NCBI GenBank assembly: GCA_047601445.1
Contig: JASGJH010000001.1
Location: forward strand, 2,080,001-2,144,000
DNA length: 64,000 nucleotides
Origin: Myxococcales bacterium
GTDB taxonomy: Bacteria > Myxococcota_A > Polyangia > Polyangiales > DASUME01
Direction: 5' to 3'
Under the pieces are notes generated by a model. It was not told the origin of the DNA. It saw nothing but the letters and a program-made list of their open reading frames with translations, and made no database searches. Below are positions 1 through 10,241 of this stretch, in pieces (the first letter of the stretch is position 1; each line of letters opens with the position of its first letter). The position numbers were made by a program, and so were the translations under genes.

Positions 1-41
1 TTCTTCGATGCCCCGAAGTCCCGAACAGAATTCCTCGCTGC

Positions 42-542
42 TCAAACCGCAGCCCGTTCCAACCGCGCCTGCACGTTCATGCGGCGCTCGATGTCGCGAA
101 GTTTCTCGACCAGCAGCGCGGAGAGCCTGCGGGCCTCCTCCACTTCGCGCCGAATCAGCGCATCTGCCGTCTCTGGTGCGCGCTCAAGTTGGGACAGCAT
201 CCGATCGACTTCGCGACCGAGCGCATCGATGTCCCCACGTACGAACAAAAAGCGCGTCTGAATCTCTTCGATGGTGAAGCCCTGCCCCATCAGGCGGCGG
301 ATCAGCTGCACCTGGCGAACGGTGCTCGCCGGGTAGAGTCCCTGCGACCCGCGGTGCTTGCCCTTCTTGCCCACGCGCACACTGCGCGGCAGCAGACCGA
401 GCTGGACGTACTTGCGGAACGTGGCCTCGGTGAGCTTTTCCCCGCTCGCGGCGCACGCGTCGACAATCTGCTGCACGCTCATCCCTTCCGGATGCGTGAG
501 CTCGATTTCCTCGTGCTTTCCGTCGTCTGCGAGCTGTCTCAA
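42..542 (-). CDS. MerR-family-like HTH transcriptional regulator
   Basis: Winged-HTH pattern 'LTEATFRKYVQLGLLP...GLYP...VQLIRRLMGQGFTIEEI' followed by a coiled-coil. Start (TTG 542 or ATG 482) is uncertain. Confidence 0.75.
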   Translation of the reverse strand: MRQLADDGKHEEIELTHPEGMSVQQIVDACAASGEKLTEATFRKYVQLGLLPRSVRVGKKGKHRGSQGLYPASTVRQVQLIRRLMGQGFTIEEIQTRFLFVRGDIDALGREVDRMLSQLERAPETADALIRREVEEARRLSALLVEKLRDIERRMNVQARLERAAV

Positions 543-626
543 GGGTCCCCACCCGGCTGAGTTCGCTTGAATATATTCGTTTCAGTGGCGGCTCTGTTGA
601 AGAAACCGCTGCGTATCTGTGCGCCC

Positions 627-668
627 AAGCTATTCCACTGAATAGAGCATGGTCAACGATTTTTTTTT
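627..668 (-). promoter_or_regulatory. sigma70-type promoter with palindromic operator upstream of the MerR-like gene
   Basis: Minus strand: A9 tract (660-668), TTGACC (656-651), 18 bp spacer, TAGCTT (632-627). Dyad CTATTC-N4-GAATAG at 630-645. Confidence 0.55.
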
Positions 669-902
669 GGTAGATCTCGCTCGAGACGCTTTTCGATCAC
701 GATCGATCGATCACGCTCGTAGCCGCACAGTTGCCTATTCAGGCATGTTTGGCAAGCGTATATGTAGGACAAAGTGATCCTAGAACTGGATCGTATCAAC
801 AGAAGCACGATCGCCGTGTAGGGCTCAAGGCGCCAGGTCCTGGCTTGGGGCGTTTTTCAGACGCGCCGGGCGGGCTCGGGCATAGTTGGCGGCAGACGAG
901 GC

Positions 903-1751
903 ATGGGAGATCCGCGGGCGATCCGGCGTTTCAGGCAAAACCCAGGCGCCCGGGTCGGCGCTGTCCTGGTCGGCTTCATCGGGCTCTGGGCCCTGCTCGG
1001 GCCGCTGCTCGCGCCGCACGCGCCGGAACAGCAGTTTCGCGAGGGCATCGGCGCCTACGGCTTGCCGCAGGCCCCCAGCAAGGCCTTCTGGCTCGGCACC
1101 GACCTGCTCGGGCGCGACGAACTCTCACGCCTCCTTCATGGCGGCACCATCTCGCTACAGGTCGCCCTGTTCGCGACCCTGCTGGCGGTGGGCATCGGGC
1201 TCGTGATCGGTGTGACGAGCGGCTACTTTGGCGGGCGGCTCGACGACCTGTGCATGCGTGTCGTGGACGTCTTGCTGTCGGTGCCCTTTCTATTGATCGC
1301 GATCGCCATCCAGCGCTCCCTGGGCAACCCGGGGCTGGGCAGCCTGTGCGTGCTGTTGGGCGCCCTCTCCTGGCCCTCGCTGGCCCGTGTCATGCGCGCC
1401 AAGGTGATGGAGCTCAAGTCCCGCGACTTCGTGCAAGCCGCCCGGGCGCTCGGCGCGAGCACGCCGCACGTGCTGTGGCGGCACGTGGTTCCCAATGTAA
1501 TGGGCCCGCTGATCGTGCTGGGAACGACCCTCGTGGCCGAGATGATCATCGCCGAATCGGCGATGAGTTTCCTGGGGCTCGGCGTGCAACCTCCCGGGGC
1601 CAGTTGGGGCACCATGCTCCACGACGGGCGCGACATGCTGGTGCACGCGCCTCACCTCCTGCTCGCGCCGGGAGCGCTGATCGCGGCCGCGGTGTTCGGG
1701 TTCAACCTGCTGGGCGAGGGCTTGCGCGATGCGCTCGATCCCAAGAGCTAG
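903..1751 (+). CDS. Peptide/nickel ABC transporter permease (DppC/OppC-like)
   Basis: 'WLGTDLLGRD', EAA-like loop 'DFVQAARALGAS', 'FNLLGEGLRDALDP'. Confidence 0.92.
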   Translation: MGDPRAIRRFRQNPGARVGAVLVGFIGLWALLGPLLAPHAPEQQFREGIGAYGLPQAPSKAFWLGTDLLGRDELSRLLHGGTISLQVALFATLLAVGIGLVIGVTSGYFGGRLDDLCMRVVDVLLSVPFLLIAIAIQRSLGNPGLGSLCVLLGALSWPSLARVMRAKVMELKSRDFVQAARALGASTPHVLWRHVVPNVMGPLIVLGTTLVAEMIIAESAMSFLGLGVQPPGASWGTMLHDGRDMLVHAPHLLLAPGALIAAAVFGFNLLGEGLRDALDPKS

Positions 1752-3450
1752 CTGGAGTTGGTTGCTGCTTTCGTGGGTCCTTGCAGCCTGTCCCGGGCTG
1801 CCGGACGGCCCGCGCTACGAGGGCGCAGGCAAGCCGGGGCCGCGGCGCGGGGGCACCTTGATGCTGTCCGAGCAGCAGCGAGTCCGCAGCCTGGATCCGC
1901 ACCTGGTCCACGACGTGATCTCGGGCGCCGTGATCGAGATGTTGTTCGACGGCCTGTATGAGTTCGACGCCCAGATGAAGCTCTCCCCGGACATCGCGGC
2001 GGAGCTGCCCGTGTACGCGAACGACGGCAAGGTGCTGCGCATCCGTTTGCGCCAGGGCGTACGTTTCCAAAACGGACGCGAGATCACCGCCGAGGACGTG
2101 GTGTGGTCCCTCGAGCGCATGCTTCATCCTCGAACGCACTCGCCCGGAGCCCTGTTCTATCGATTGATCGTGGGCTTCGAGGAGTACCGGGCCGGCAAGG
2201 CTTCGCACGTCGAAGGACTACGCGTACTCGAGCGCTACCAGTTCGAGATTCGGCTCTCGGAGGCGGACCAGACTTTCGCCCCTTTGTTGGCCATGCGCTT
2301 CGCCACCCCGGTACCGCGCGAGGAGGTGCTGAGCCGCGGCGCGGAGTTCGCGCGGCGTCCGGTGGGCAGCGGACCGTTTCGGCTTGCGAGCTGGGACCCG
2401 GGCGTGCGCTTGGTGCTGGAGCGAAACCCGCGGTACGGCGCGGGCTTGCCCCACGTGGACCGCGTGGTGGTCGAAGAAGCCATCGCGCTTGAGACGGCGT
2501 TCTTGCGCTTTCGCAACGCCGAAGTGGACGTGATGACGCGCGTCACGCCGGCCGACCGCGCGGTGCTCCAGGGCTCGCGCAAATGGCGCCCCTACTTCGA
2601 GGCATCGCCGAGCGTGGACATCTGGGGCCTGGTGATGAACTGCGAGCTGCCCCCCTTCGACAACGTGCACGTACGGCGCGCCGTGGCCTCTGCCATCGAC
2701 CGGGAACGCTGGGTCAAGGTGCGTAGCGGCAATCTGCGGGCTGCCGGTCAGATGGTGCCGCCACAGCTCATCGGATACGACCCAAAGCTGCCGCACCTTC
2801 AAGTTCTGGATTTGGCGAATGCCCATCGCGAAATGGCTTTGGCCGGGTTTCCCAACGGCTGGCCCGAGCCGGTGACCCTGTGGATCCCGGAAAGCGCCAC
2901 GGCGCGCATTTACGCCGAACTGGCCCAGGCCGACCTCGCTGCCATCGGCATCCGGGCGGAGATCAAAGGCACGACGTTTCCCGTGTTCCTCGAGTCCCAG
3001 GGCACGCCCAAGACCGTGCAGCTGTCGCTCTCGGGCTGGCAGATGGACTATCCTGATCCCTCGAACTTTCTGGGGCTCTTGCACTCGAAGTCACGCGGCG
3101 AGCGCTCGTCCATCAACCGCGCGTTCTACTCGAGCCCCACCCTCGATGGGTTGCTCGACCGAGCGCGCGTGGAGCCCGATCCGACGCAACGTGCACGGCT
3201 CTACCGAGACGCCAACGATCTGGTGGCGCACGACGCACCGTGGGCGTTCTTCGGCAACAACCTGGTGCCTCAAGCCTGGCAACCCTACGTGAAGAACTAT
3301 CGACCGCACGCGGTGTACTGGATGCCCGTGAACGAAGTGTGGCTGGATTTGCCGAAGCGCAAGCTGGAGCAGCTCGCCCAAGCGCTGTCGCCCCTACCCG
3401 GCGCCCGCGTGGAGATGCAGCGCGCCTTCGCGATTCGGGGACGACCATGA
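1729..3450 (+). CDS. ABC transporter substrate-binding lipoprotein, family 5 (DppA/OppA-like)
   Basis: Lipobox VLAAC, 'LRQGVRFQNG.EITAEDVVWSLER', 'PVGSGPF', 'W..DYPDP'. Exact start uncertain. Confidence 0.9.
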   Translation: MRSIPRASWSWLLLSWVLAACPGLPDGPRYEGAGKPGPRRGGTLMLSEQQRVRSLDPHLVHDVISGAVIEMLFDGLYEFDAQMKLSPDIAAELPVYANDGKVLRIRLRQGVRFQNGREITAEDVVWSLERMLHPRTHSPGALFYRLIVGFEEYRAGKASHVEGLRVLERYQFEIRLSEADQTFAPLLAMRFATPVPREEVLSRGAEFARRPVGSGPFRLASWDPGVRLVLERNPRYGAGLPHVDRVVVEEAIALETAFLRFRNAEVDVMTRVTPADRAVLQGSRKWRPYFEASPSVDIWGLVMNCELPPFDNVHVRRAVASAIDRERWVKVRSGNLRAAGQMVPPQLIGYDPKLPHLQVLDLANAHREMALAGFPNGWPEPVTLWIPESATARIYAELAQADLAAIGIRAEIKGTTFPVFLESQGTPKTVQLSLSGWQMDYPDPSNFLGLLHSKSRGERSSINRAFYSSPTLDGLLDRARVEPDPTQRARLYRDANDLVAHDAPWAFFGNNLVPQAWQPYVKNYRPHAVYWMPVNEVWLDLPKRKLEQLAQALSPLPGARVEMQRAFAIRGRP

Positions 3451-4382
3451 CCAAGCACTTGTTGCAGCGACTGCTATGGGCCGTGTTCGTATTGTGGGTG
3501 GTGATGAGCGGCGTGTTCCTGCTCGTGAACGTGCTGGGAGATCCCGCCGTGGCCACCCTGGGGCCGAACGCGGGGCCCGCACAGCTCACGGACTTTCGCG
3601 AACAACACGGGCTGACGCGGCCGCTTCCGCAGCGCTACCTGGAGTACATGACGAGCCTGCTGCGCTTGGATCTGGGACGCTCGTTTCAAGACGATCGGGA
3701 GGTGCTGGATCTGATCGCGACTCGTCTGCCGCGCACCATGCTGCTGGGGGGCCTCACGCTGCTGTTGGAGCTGGCGATTGGCCTCGGGCTCGGGACACTG
3801 GCGGCCGTGCGTCGCAATAGCTGGCTCGATAGCGGGATCATGGGCTTGACCTTCCTCGGCGTGAGCACGCCCACCTTCGTGTCGGGGCTGCTGTTCTTGA
3901 GCTACTTCGCCGTGCGACTCGGGTGGTTTCCGGTGGGGGGTTACGGGGCCGGTACCTGGGACCACCTGAGGCACGCGTGCTTGCCTGCCCTCACCTTGGC
4001 CCTGGCGGGAGCGTCCACCTATGCACGCCTGATGCGCAGCGAGCTCATCGAGGTCCTCGGCAGCGACTTCGTACGAACCGCGCGCGCCAAGGGGCTGTCG
4101 TATCCGCGGGTGGTGCTGGTGCACGGGGTTCGCAACGCACTGTTGCCGGTCATCACCATGCTCGGACTCTCCCTGCGCATCCTGGTCTCGGGAGCCATCA
4201 TCACCGAAGCCGTGTTCGGCTGGCCCGGCATGGGCCTGCTGGCGGTGCAGGCCATCAGCGGTCTCGACCTGCCGGTGGTGCTCGGAATCGTGTTCGTCAC
4301 CTGTGGCTTTGTGCAGCTTGGGAATGTGCTGGCCGATGGATGCGTGGCAATCTTGGATCCACGCGTGCGCGCGGCGGACTAG
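3447..4382 (+). CDS. Peptide ABC transporter permease (DppB/OppB-like)
   Basis: ATG at 3447 overlaps the upstream TGA. '[11 protein letters not shown]', '[12 protein letters not shown]', 'LDPRV'. Confidence 0.92.
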   Translation: MTKHLLQRLLWAVFVLWVVMSGVFLLVNVLGDPAVATLGPNAGPAQLTDFREQHGLTRPLPQRYLEYMTSLLRLDLGRSFQDDREVLDLIATRLPRTMLLGGLTLLLELAIGLGLGTLAAVRRNSWLDSGIMGLTFLGVSTPTFVSGLLFLSYFAVRLGWFPVGGYGAGTWDHLRHACLPALTLALAGASTYARLMRSELIEVLGSDFVRTARAKGLSYPRVVLVHGVRNALLPVITMLGLSLRILVSGAIITEAVFGWPGMGLLAVQAISGLDLPVVLGIVFVTCGFVQLGNVLADGCVAILDPRVRAAD

Positions 4383-4417
4383 CCCGCGCAGCGCGACGAA
4401 CAGGACGGCGGGAGCCC

Positions 4418-5710
4418 ATGCATCGCTACATCGAGAATTTGGCAGACGTTGTGGACCAGGAGGTCACGCTCAAGGGCTGGGTGCGCGGCATTCGCTCGAG
4501 CGGAAAGCTGCATTTCATCACCTTGCGCGACGGTTCGGGCGACGTGCAGTGCGTGGTCTTCAAGGGCGACGTCTCGCCCGAGGTGTTCGAGAAGGCTGGC
4601 ACGCTGAAGCAGGAGGCGGCGGTGGCCATCACCGGCCTCGTCAAGAAGCATCCGAAGCTGGCCGACGAGTTCGAAGTTGGCGTGAAGGACCTGGAGATCT
4701 ACGCCCTCCCAAGCGGGGACTTCCCCATCTCGCCCAAGGAGCACGGCACCGACTTCTTGATGGACCACCGCCACTTGTGGCTCCGCTCGCGCAGGCAGCA
4801 CGCCATCACGCGTATTCGCCACGAGATCATCTCCGCGGTGCGTGGTTTCTTCGATTCGAACGGGTTCACGCTGGTGGACGCGCCTATCTTCACGCCCAAC
4901 GCCTGCGAGGGCACGTCCACCTTGTTCGAGACGGACTACCACGGCGAGCCCGCCTATCTCACCCAGTCCGGGCAGCTCTACGGCGAGGCCGCCGCGGCGG
5001 CTTTCGGCAAGATCTACGTGTTCGGACCGACCTTTCGGGCCGAGAAGTCCAAGACGCGCCGGCACCTGGCGGAGTTCTGGATGGTGGAGCCCGAGGTGGC
5101 CTTCATGGACCTGGCGGGCGACATGGATCTGGCCGAGGACTTTCTCTCGCACATCGTGCAGAAGGTGCTGGCGAACCGGAAGAAGGAGCTCGCCATCCTC
5201 GAGCGCAACCTGGCGCCGCTCGAGCGCGTGAACAAGCCTTTCCCGCGCATTCGCTACAAAGAGGCCGCCGAGATCCTGCGAGCCAAGAACATCCCGTTCA
5301 ACTACGGCGACGACTTCGGCGCGCCCGAGGAGACCGCCATCAGCGAGAGCTTCGACCGGCCTGTGATCGTGACTCACTACCCGATCGACCTGAAGGCCTT
5401 CTACTTCAAGCGCGACCCGAGCGACCCGAGCGTGGCCCTCAACATGGACGTGCTAGCGCCCGAGGGCTACGGCGAGATCATCGGGGGCGGACAACGTGAG
5501 GACGACCTGGCGCGCCTCGAGAAGTCCATCGACGAGCACAAGCTGCCGCCCGAAGCGTTCAGCTGGTACCTCGACCTGCGCCGCTACGGGAGCTTCCCCC
5601 ACGCGGGCTTCGGCCTCGGCATCGAGCGCACGGTGGCCTGGGTGTGCGGCCTCGAGCATGTACGGGAGACCATCCCCTTCCCGCGCATGTTGAGCCGCCT
5701 GCGTCCGTGA
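4418..5710 (+). CDS. asnS: Asparagine--tRNA ligase
   Basis: OB-fold N-terminus, 'YLTQSGQLY', '[21 protein letters not shown]', '[11 protein letters not shown]'. GGAG RBS before ATG 4418. Confidence 0.95.
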   Translation: MHRYIENLADVVDQEVTLKGWVRGIRSSGKLHFITLRDGSGDVQCVVFKGDVSPEVFEKAGTLKQEAAVAITGLVKKHPKLADEFEVGVKDLEIYALPSGDFPISPKEHGTDFLMDHRHLWLRSRRQHAITRIRHEIISAVRGFFDSNGFTLVDAPIFTPNACEGTSTLFETDYHGEPAYLTQSGQLYGEAAAAAFGKIYVFGPTFRAEKSKTRRHLAEFWMVEPEVAFMDLAGDMDLAEDFLSHIVQKVLANRKKELAILERNLAPLERVNKPFPRIRYKEAAEILRAKNIPFNYGDDFGAPEETAISESFDRPVIVTHYPIDLKAFYFKRDPSDPSVALNMDVLAPEGYGEIIGGGQREDDLARLEKSIDEHKLPPEAFSWYLDLRRYGSFPHAGFGLGIERTVAWVCGLEHVRETIPFPRMLSRLRP

Positions 5711-5719
5711 CCAGCCCGG

Positions 5720-6379
5720 CTAGGCGGCGCCGCCGCCCTTGATTCGCCTGTCCTTGGCCTCCACGGCCTCGAGGAACAGCTTCACGTATTCGCCAGCGCT
5801 GGTGACGGCGAAGAACAGGCTCAGGTAAAGCAGCCAGAGCCCCGCGGTGTTGAAGTCGACCCACTCCGTGAAGAACCAGAAATTGATTCGGTAACGGTGG
5901 TGCAGCATGAGGAACAGCACCGAGACCATCTGCAGAGCGGTCTTGGCCTTGCCACCCTCGCCCGCCGCGATGACCACGCCTTCACTGATGGCGATGGTGC
6001 GCAGCATGCTGATCGAGAGCTCACGCGCCAGGATTAACACGACCACCCAGGCGGGCACGCGGCCCATGCCCACCATCAGCACCAGCGTGGCCATCACGAG
6101 TAGCTTGTCGGCCAGTGGATCCAGGAACTTGCCCACCACACTCACCAGCCCGCGCTTGCGTGCCAGATAGCCATCGAGGGCGTCGGTGATGGTGGCCGCG
6201 GTGTAGGCCCAACCGGCCCAAAAGTTCATCACCGGTGTCCCGTCGTACAGGAGCGCCATCACCCCCGGAATCATCACGATGCGGAACATCGTGAGCAGGT
6301 TGGGAAGGTTGAAGGCGTCTTCCTTCAACCCCGAGACCTTCTGGGTGCGTGCTTCCCTGTCGAGACTGGCTTTCGTCAT
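5720..6379 (-). CDS. pgsA: CDP-diacylglycerol--glycerol-3-phosphate 3-phosphatidyltransferase
   Basis: 'NLPNLLTMFRI' and CDP-alcohol motif 'TDALDGYLAR...GKFLDPLADKL'. Confidence 0.9.
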   Translation of the reverse strand: MTKASLDREARTQKVSGLKEDAFNLPNLLTMFRIVMIPGVMALLYDGTPVMNFWAGWAYTAATITDALDGYLARKRGLVSVVGKFLDPLADKLLVMATLVLMVGMGRVPAWVVVLILARELSISMLRTIAISEGVVIAAGEGGKAKTALQMVSVLFLMLHHRYRINFWFFTEWVDFNTAGLWLLYLSLFFAVTSAGEYVKLFLEAVEAKDRRIKGGGAA

Positions 6380-6634
6380 AGTTTTGCCTGCGCGCCCGCC
6401 CGAGCCTAGCCCACGGCCGAGACTCAGCCATGGCACGGCGAGGCGCGGGACACCAGGGGTGCGGGCCCCGATGAACGCTGATTCGTTGCGCCCCAGGCCG
6501 TACCGGGTCACAAACGCCCGGCACCGGCCGCCAGTTCTTTGACCCCCCCTGGGCCGCCAGTGATAACGGACAGACCAGGCGCACGCTGTTTTCCGGGGCC
6601 AGGCCCGGATCGGCGCCTGACATGGAGTGGCGGC

Positions 6635-7615
6635 GTGACGACCAAGCGAGTGGGCATCCTGATGGGCGGTGTGAGCTCGGAGCGCGAGGTCTCCTTGAGC
6701 ACGGGCGAAGCGATCTACAACGCGCTTCACGAGCGCGGCCACGACGTGGTGAAGGTGCTCGTAGACCGCGACATCGACAGCGCGCTACGCAGCACGCCGA
6801 TCGACGTGGCGTTCCTCGCGCTGCACGGGACGTACGGAGAGGACGGCTGCCTCCAGGGGCTGCTGGAGATGCGCGGCATTCCGTACACGGGCTCGAGCGT
6901 GATGGCGAGCGCGCTCGCAATGGACAAGTTCAAGTCCAAGCAGCTGTTCCGGCTCTACAACGTGCCGACCCCCCCCTACTACGTCGTGTCTGCCGACAAG
7001 CTCGGGCAGCTCGAAGAGATCCACGGCTCCTTCGGCTTTCCTGCGTTCGTCAAGCCACGCTGCCAGGGCTCGAGTGTCGGCGCCGGCAAGGCCACCGACT
7101 TTGCCGAGCTCAAGCGTCTGTGCGAGCAGGCGCTGATCTTCGACGAGTACGCGCTGGTGGAGCGCTTCGTGGCGGGCCGCGAGGTCTCGGTAGGCGTGCT
7201 GGATGGCAAGGCCCTGGGCGCCATCGAGATCGTGCCCAAGGGCGCGTTCTACGACTACAAGACCAAGTACACGGCGGGCAGCAGCGAATACCACTTCCCG
7301 GCGCGACTCTCGCCCACCCGTTACAAGAACGTGCTCAGCCTCGCCGAACGCGCCGCCGAGGCTCTCGACGTGCATGGAGCGGTCCGCGTGGACTTGCTGA
7401 TCACCGAGGGAGAGAACGAGTACGTGCTCGAGCTCAACACGCTGCCCGGCATGACGCCGACGTCGCTGCTACCCAAGATCGCCAAGGGCGCTGCCGGCAT
7501 GGACTTCGGGGTGCTGTGCGAGGAGATTCTCAAGCGAGCCCGCCTGCACCAGCGTCGTCCGGAGGACTCTCGGGCGGCCAGTCAGGCTGCGCAGAAGCAA
7601 GCGGCCGATCAGTGA
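6635..7615 (+). CDS. ddl: D-alanine--D-alanine ligase
   Basis: 'GGVSSEREVSL', 'LHGTYGEDG', 'GSSVG', 'FYDYKTKY', 'ELNTLPGMT..SL.PK'. Confidence 0.95.
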   Translation: MTTKRVGILMGGVSSEREVSLSTGEAIYNALHERGHDVVKVLVDRDIDSALRSTPIDVAFLALHGTYGEDGCLQGLLEMRGIPYTGSSVMASALAMDKFKSKQLFRLYNVPTPPYYVVSADKLGQLEEIHGSFGFPAFVKPRCQGSSVGAGKATDFAELKRLCEQALIFDEYALVERFVAGREVSVGVLDGKALGAIEIVPKGAFYDYKTKYTAGSSEYHFPARLSPTRYKNVLSLAERAAEALDVHGAVRVDLLITEGENEYVLELNTLPGMTPTSLLPKIAKGAAGMDFGVLCEEILKRARLHQRRPEDSRAASQAAQKQAADQ

Positions 7616-8892
7616 TGGGCGCTGTCTGGTTCGACGGCCTTGGGGTCTTCGGCCTGACCTAGCAAGCTCACCCGCCCAAAACCGGCGCGTCCCGTGACGC
7701 TCACGCGCAGCGCACCGTGCCGTCCGCAGAACGCCACCTCGGCCACCATCGCCGAGCTCTCGGCCTGGCCGTACAGGGAACCATCGAGTCCCTCGATGCG
7801 CAGGGTGGCGCGCGAGAGCCCGGGCTCCAGGAGCGCTCGCCAGCGCTCGCAGGCGCCGAGCGGAACCTTGTGCTCGAGCTCCACCACGGCGCCCTGCGAC
7901 AGGGGGAATTCCTGGGCGAACGTGGACTTGTCCGCGCCCTGGGTTGTTTGCTGGGCCGAGCTCGTCTGCTTGGCTGCCCGCCAGGCCTCGCGCGAGGGCG
8001 AAGGTTCGCCCAACCACATGGCGTGGGGCCCTCCGACGGCGGCCTGAGCCGCCCTGAAGCGGGCGATGCGCACCATGCCTTCGCCCGTGCTCGCGCTCAC
8101 CTCCAGCGCCAACTCACGCGCTTGGTCTGCACAGTACTGCAGCGACGCGAGGCGCTCCGCGGCGACCCCGTGACCGAGTTCGTTGTCGCCATCGAGCAAG
8201 CGCAGACTGACTCCGCCGAGTCCTGCGGCGCTCTCGGTGGCGACCGTGTAGCAATCGCCGGCGCGAGCCGAGATGGCCACACGCAACGGCTGCCCGGCGT
8301 TGAGCTGGGCCTCGACGCGCGGTCCTGCGTCCTCGAAGCCGCGCTTGTGCAGTGTCTTGGCGAGCTCGTTGAGGGCAGACTCGCGGGCGGGTTCGGAGAT
8401 GGTCAGCAAGTCATCGGTCTGGATGGCGGGTCTCACGAACTGCGCTGTCGCGTAGGCCCCGACGCCCTGGTAGGCGTGGAGCGAGTAGTAGCCGTCGACG
8501 CGCGTGTCCCCCGCGCACAGCATCAAGCTGGGCCGCGCGTCCGAGCCATCGTCTTCGAGCAGCGCCGTGCCATCCGAGCGATACAAGGAAGCGTCGAGGT
8601 CGATCACGCTCGGCGTGGCCACCGCCACGAAGCGGGCGCAGGTGTGAGGGTCGATGGTCACGGCCCGCGTGGCGCGGCCGTTGGTCGGGAGAAAGCCGCG
8701 ATCCTGGAAGGGAGCGCGCGTGAAGCCCTGATCCCGCAGCGCTCGGGCAGCGGCCTCGACGCGTAGTTCGAGCGCGTCTTCGGTGCCTTCGAGGGCAGTC
8801 ACGGGCGGCGGCGTCGTGCTCAGCACCGGGTTCGCACTCGCGCCCCCGCATCCCAGTCCCAGCACGCAGACGGCAAGCAAGCTCGCCTTCAT
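7609..8892 (-). CDS. Uncharacterised lipoprotein with ~3 tandem Cys-flanked beta-rich repeats
   Basis: Lipobox LGLGC. Repeated unit 'C..fva.....DLD.sL...DG..L..D.......C'. ATG overlaps the upstream stop. Confidence 0.65.
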   Translation of the reverse strand: MKASLLAVCVLGLGCGGASANPVLSTTPPPVTALEGTEDALELRVEAAARALRDQGFTRAPFQDRGFLPTNGRATRAVTIDPHTCARFVAVATPSVIDLDASLYRSDGTALLEDDGSDARPSLMLCAGDTRVDGYYSLHAYQGVGAYATAQFVRPAIQTDDLLTISEPARESALNELAKTLHKRGFEDAGPRVEAQLNAGQPLRVAISARAGDCYTVATESAAGLGGVSLRLLDGDNELGHGVAAERLASLQYCADQARELALEVSASTGEGMVRIARFRAAQAAVGGPHAMWLGEPSPSREAWRAAKQTSSAQQTTQGADKSTFAQEFPLSQGAVVELEHKVPLGACERWRALLEPGLSRATLRIEGLDGSLYGQAESSAMVAEVAFCGRHGALRVSVTGRAGFGRVSLLGQAEDPKAVEPDSAHH

Positions 8893-10241
8893 GGAGTCAC
8901 CATGCCCTGCTCGTGGGCCGGAGGTACGATGGGCGTCGTGCCTACCCACACGGAGACGGCGCCGTCTTGGCCGCGCGCGCGCAAGATGAGGCGAGCGCGC
9001 TGGTCGCGCGTCGCACAGGTGAACAAGAGGGGGACGTTGCGACGCCCTTCATTGCGCGCCACGAGCAGCCCCTCGGCGTCGATCAGTCTGACGTCCACAG
9101 CAGGTGCACCGCCCTCCGCAATACCAGCGAAGGCGTAGCAAAAGCCTGCCTTCAAGGACACCGGCCATGTGTGCGGCATGCTGGCCTCGACCCAGGCATC
9201 CCCAAGCGGCGCCAGCGTGAACCCGCGCGCCTTGGCCACCACGTTGGCCTCGGCCCAAGTCAGCGCGCGTGCGGCCCCCAGTGCCCGGATGGCCGGCGCG
9301 GAGGCCCCCTCGTGCTCGAACGCGCGCACGATGACCACGCCGCGCATGGGACGCGCCTGCACGCGCACGGAGTAGACCCCGGCGAGCTCGGTGCAGATGG
9401 GAAGCTCCACCCGGTCATCCTGGGCCGCCCGAGCGTCCCACTTGCGCTCGGAGGGGCTGGGCGCAGCGACCTCCACCAGCACGCCGCGCGAGACCGGCAC
9501 GTAGGCCACCACTCGATAGCAGCGCTGCGCCTCGAGGATGAGCCCCCCTTCCGCCACTCCAGCGCGCAGCTCGAGCGCGTTGGCCCGGCCTTGCGCGCGA
9601 TAGCCCAGCTCGCGCAGCGCGCTCTCGGCCTGCTCGAGCTTGAGGTCCAGCATCAGCTCGTCCGGAGCACCGCCCACGCCGCGCGTCTGCTCGGCACGGC
9701 CGCCGGCGCTGACGGCGAACTGGATTGCTTCGGGAAGTCGCTCCACGCCACGCGGACCGTCATCGACGCGCAGCAGCAGGAGCTCGCCGCGGCCAGCGTA
9801 GAGCGTGGCGCTGACGTACATCACGAGCCCGGCCGCGCCGCACACGCGCGCGTAGGCCAGCGGCTGTTGCGCAAGGTCTTCGGCGAGCGGTTGGCCCGCC
9901 CGCGTATGCACCGCTAGGTCCACGTCGCGCACCTCGCCCGTACCCAGCGCCAAGAACCCAACGCATTCGTCGCGCTCGAGGCGAACTTCGTGCACCGAGG
10001 CTTCGCTTTCGAACAGGAACGCGCGCGCAACCTCCGATACGCCCGAGGCCCCATGCTCGAGGAGGTGACGTTTCACGGCTGGCAACAGCGCGTCGAGGTG
10101 ATGCTCCGTTGTCGCGGGGCGCACCGCAGGAGCCGGTGAGGTTCGCTGACCTCCGCGTGTCTCGGCTGCGGCGGGACTCAGGGCCGCCCACCAGCACAAA
10201 CCGCCGAGCAACCAGGTCGAGAACCGCCGCGTTGATTTCAC
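8889..10241 (-). CDS. Uncharacterised secreted protein, paralogous repeat architecture to 7609-8892
   Basis: Signal peptide ending AAA. Units 'ECVGFLALG..EVRDVDLAV' and 'FCYAFAGIA..APAVDVRLIDAEG'. Confidence 0.65.
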   Translation of the reverse strand: MKSTRRFSTWLLGGLCWWAALSPAAAETRGGQRTSPAPAVRPATTEHHLDALLPAVKRHLLEHGASGVSEVARAFLFESEASVHEVRLERDECVGFLALGTGEVRDVDLAVHTRAGQPLAEDLAQQPLAYARVCGAAGLVMYVSATLYAGRGELLLLRVDDGPRGVERLPEAIQFAVSAGGRAEQTRGVGGAPDELMLDLKLEQAESALRELGYRAQGRANALELRAGVAEGGLILEAQRCYRVVAYVPVSRGVLVEVAAPSPSERKWDARAAQDDRVELPICTELAGVYSVRVQARPMRGVVIVRAFEHEGASAPAIRALGAARALTWAEANVVAKARGFTLAPLGDAWVEASMPHTWPVSLKAGFCYAFAGIAEGGAPAVDVRLIDAEGLLVARNEGRRNVPLLFTCATRDQRARLILRARGQDGAVSVWVGTTPIVPPAHEQGMVTP

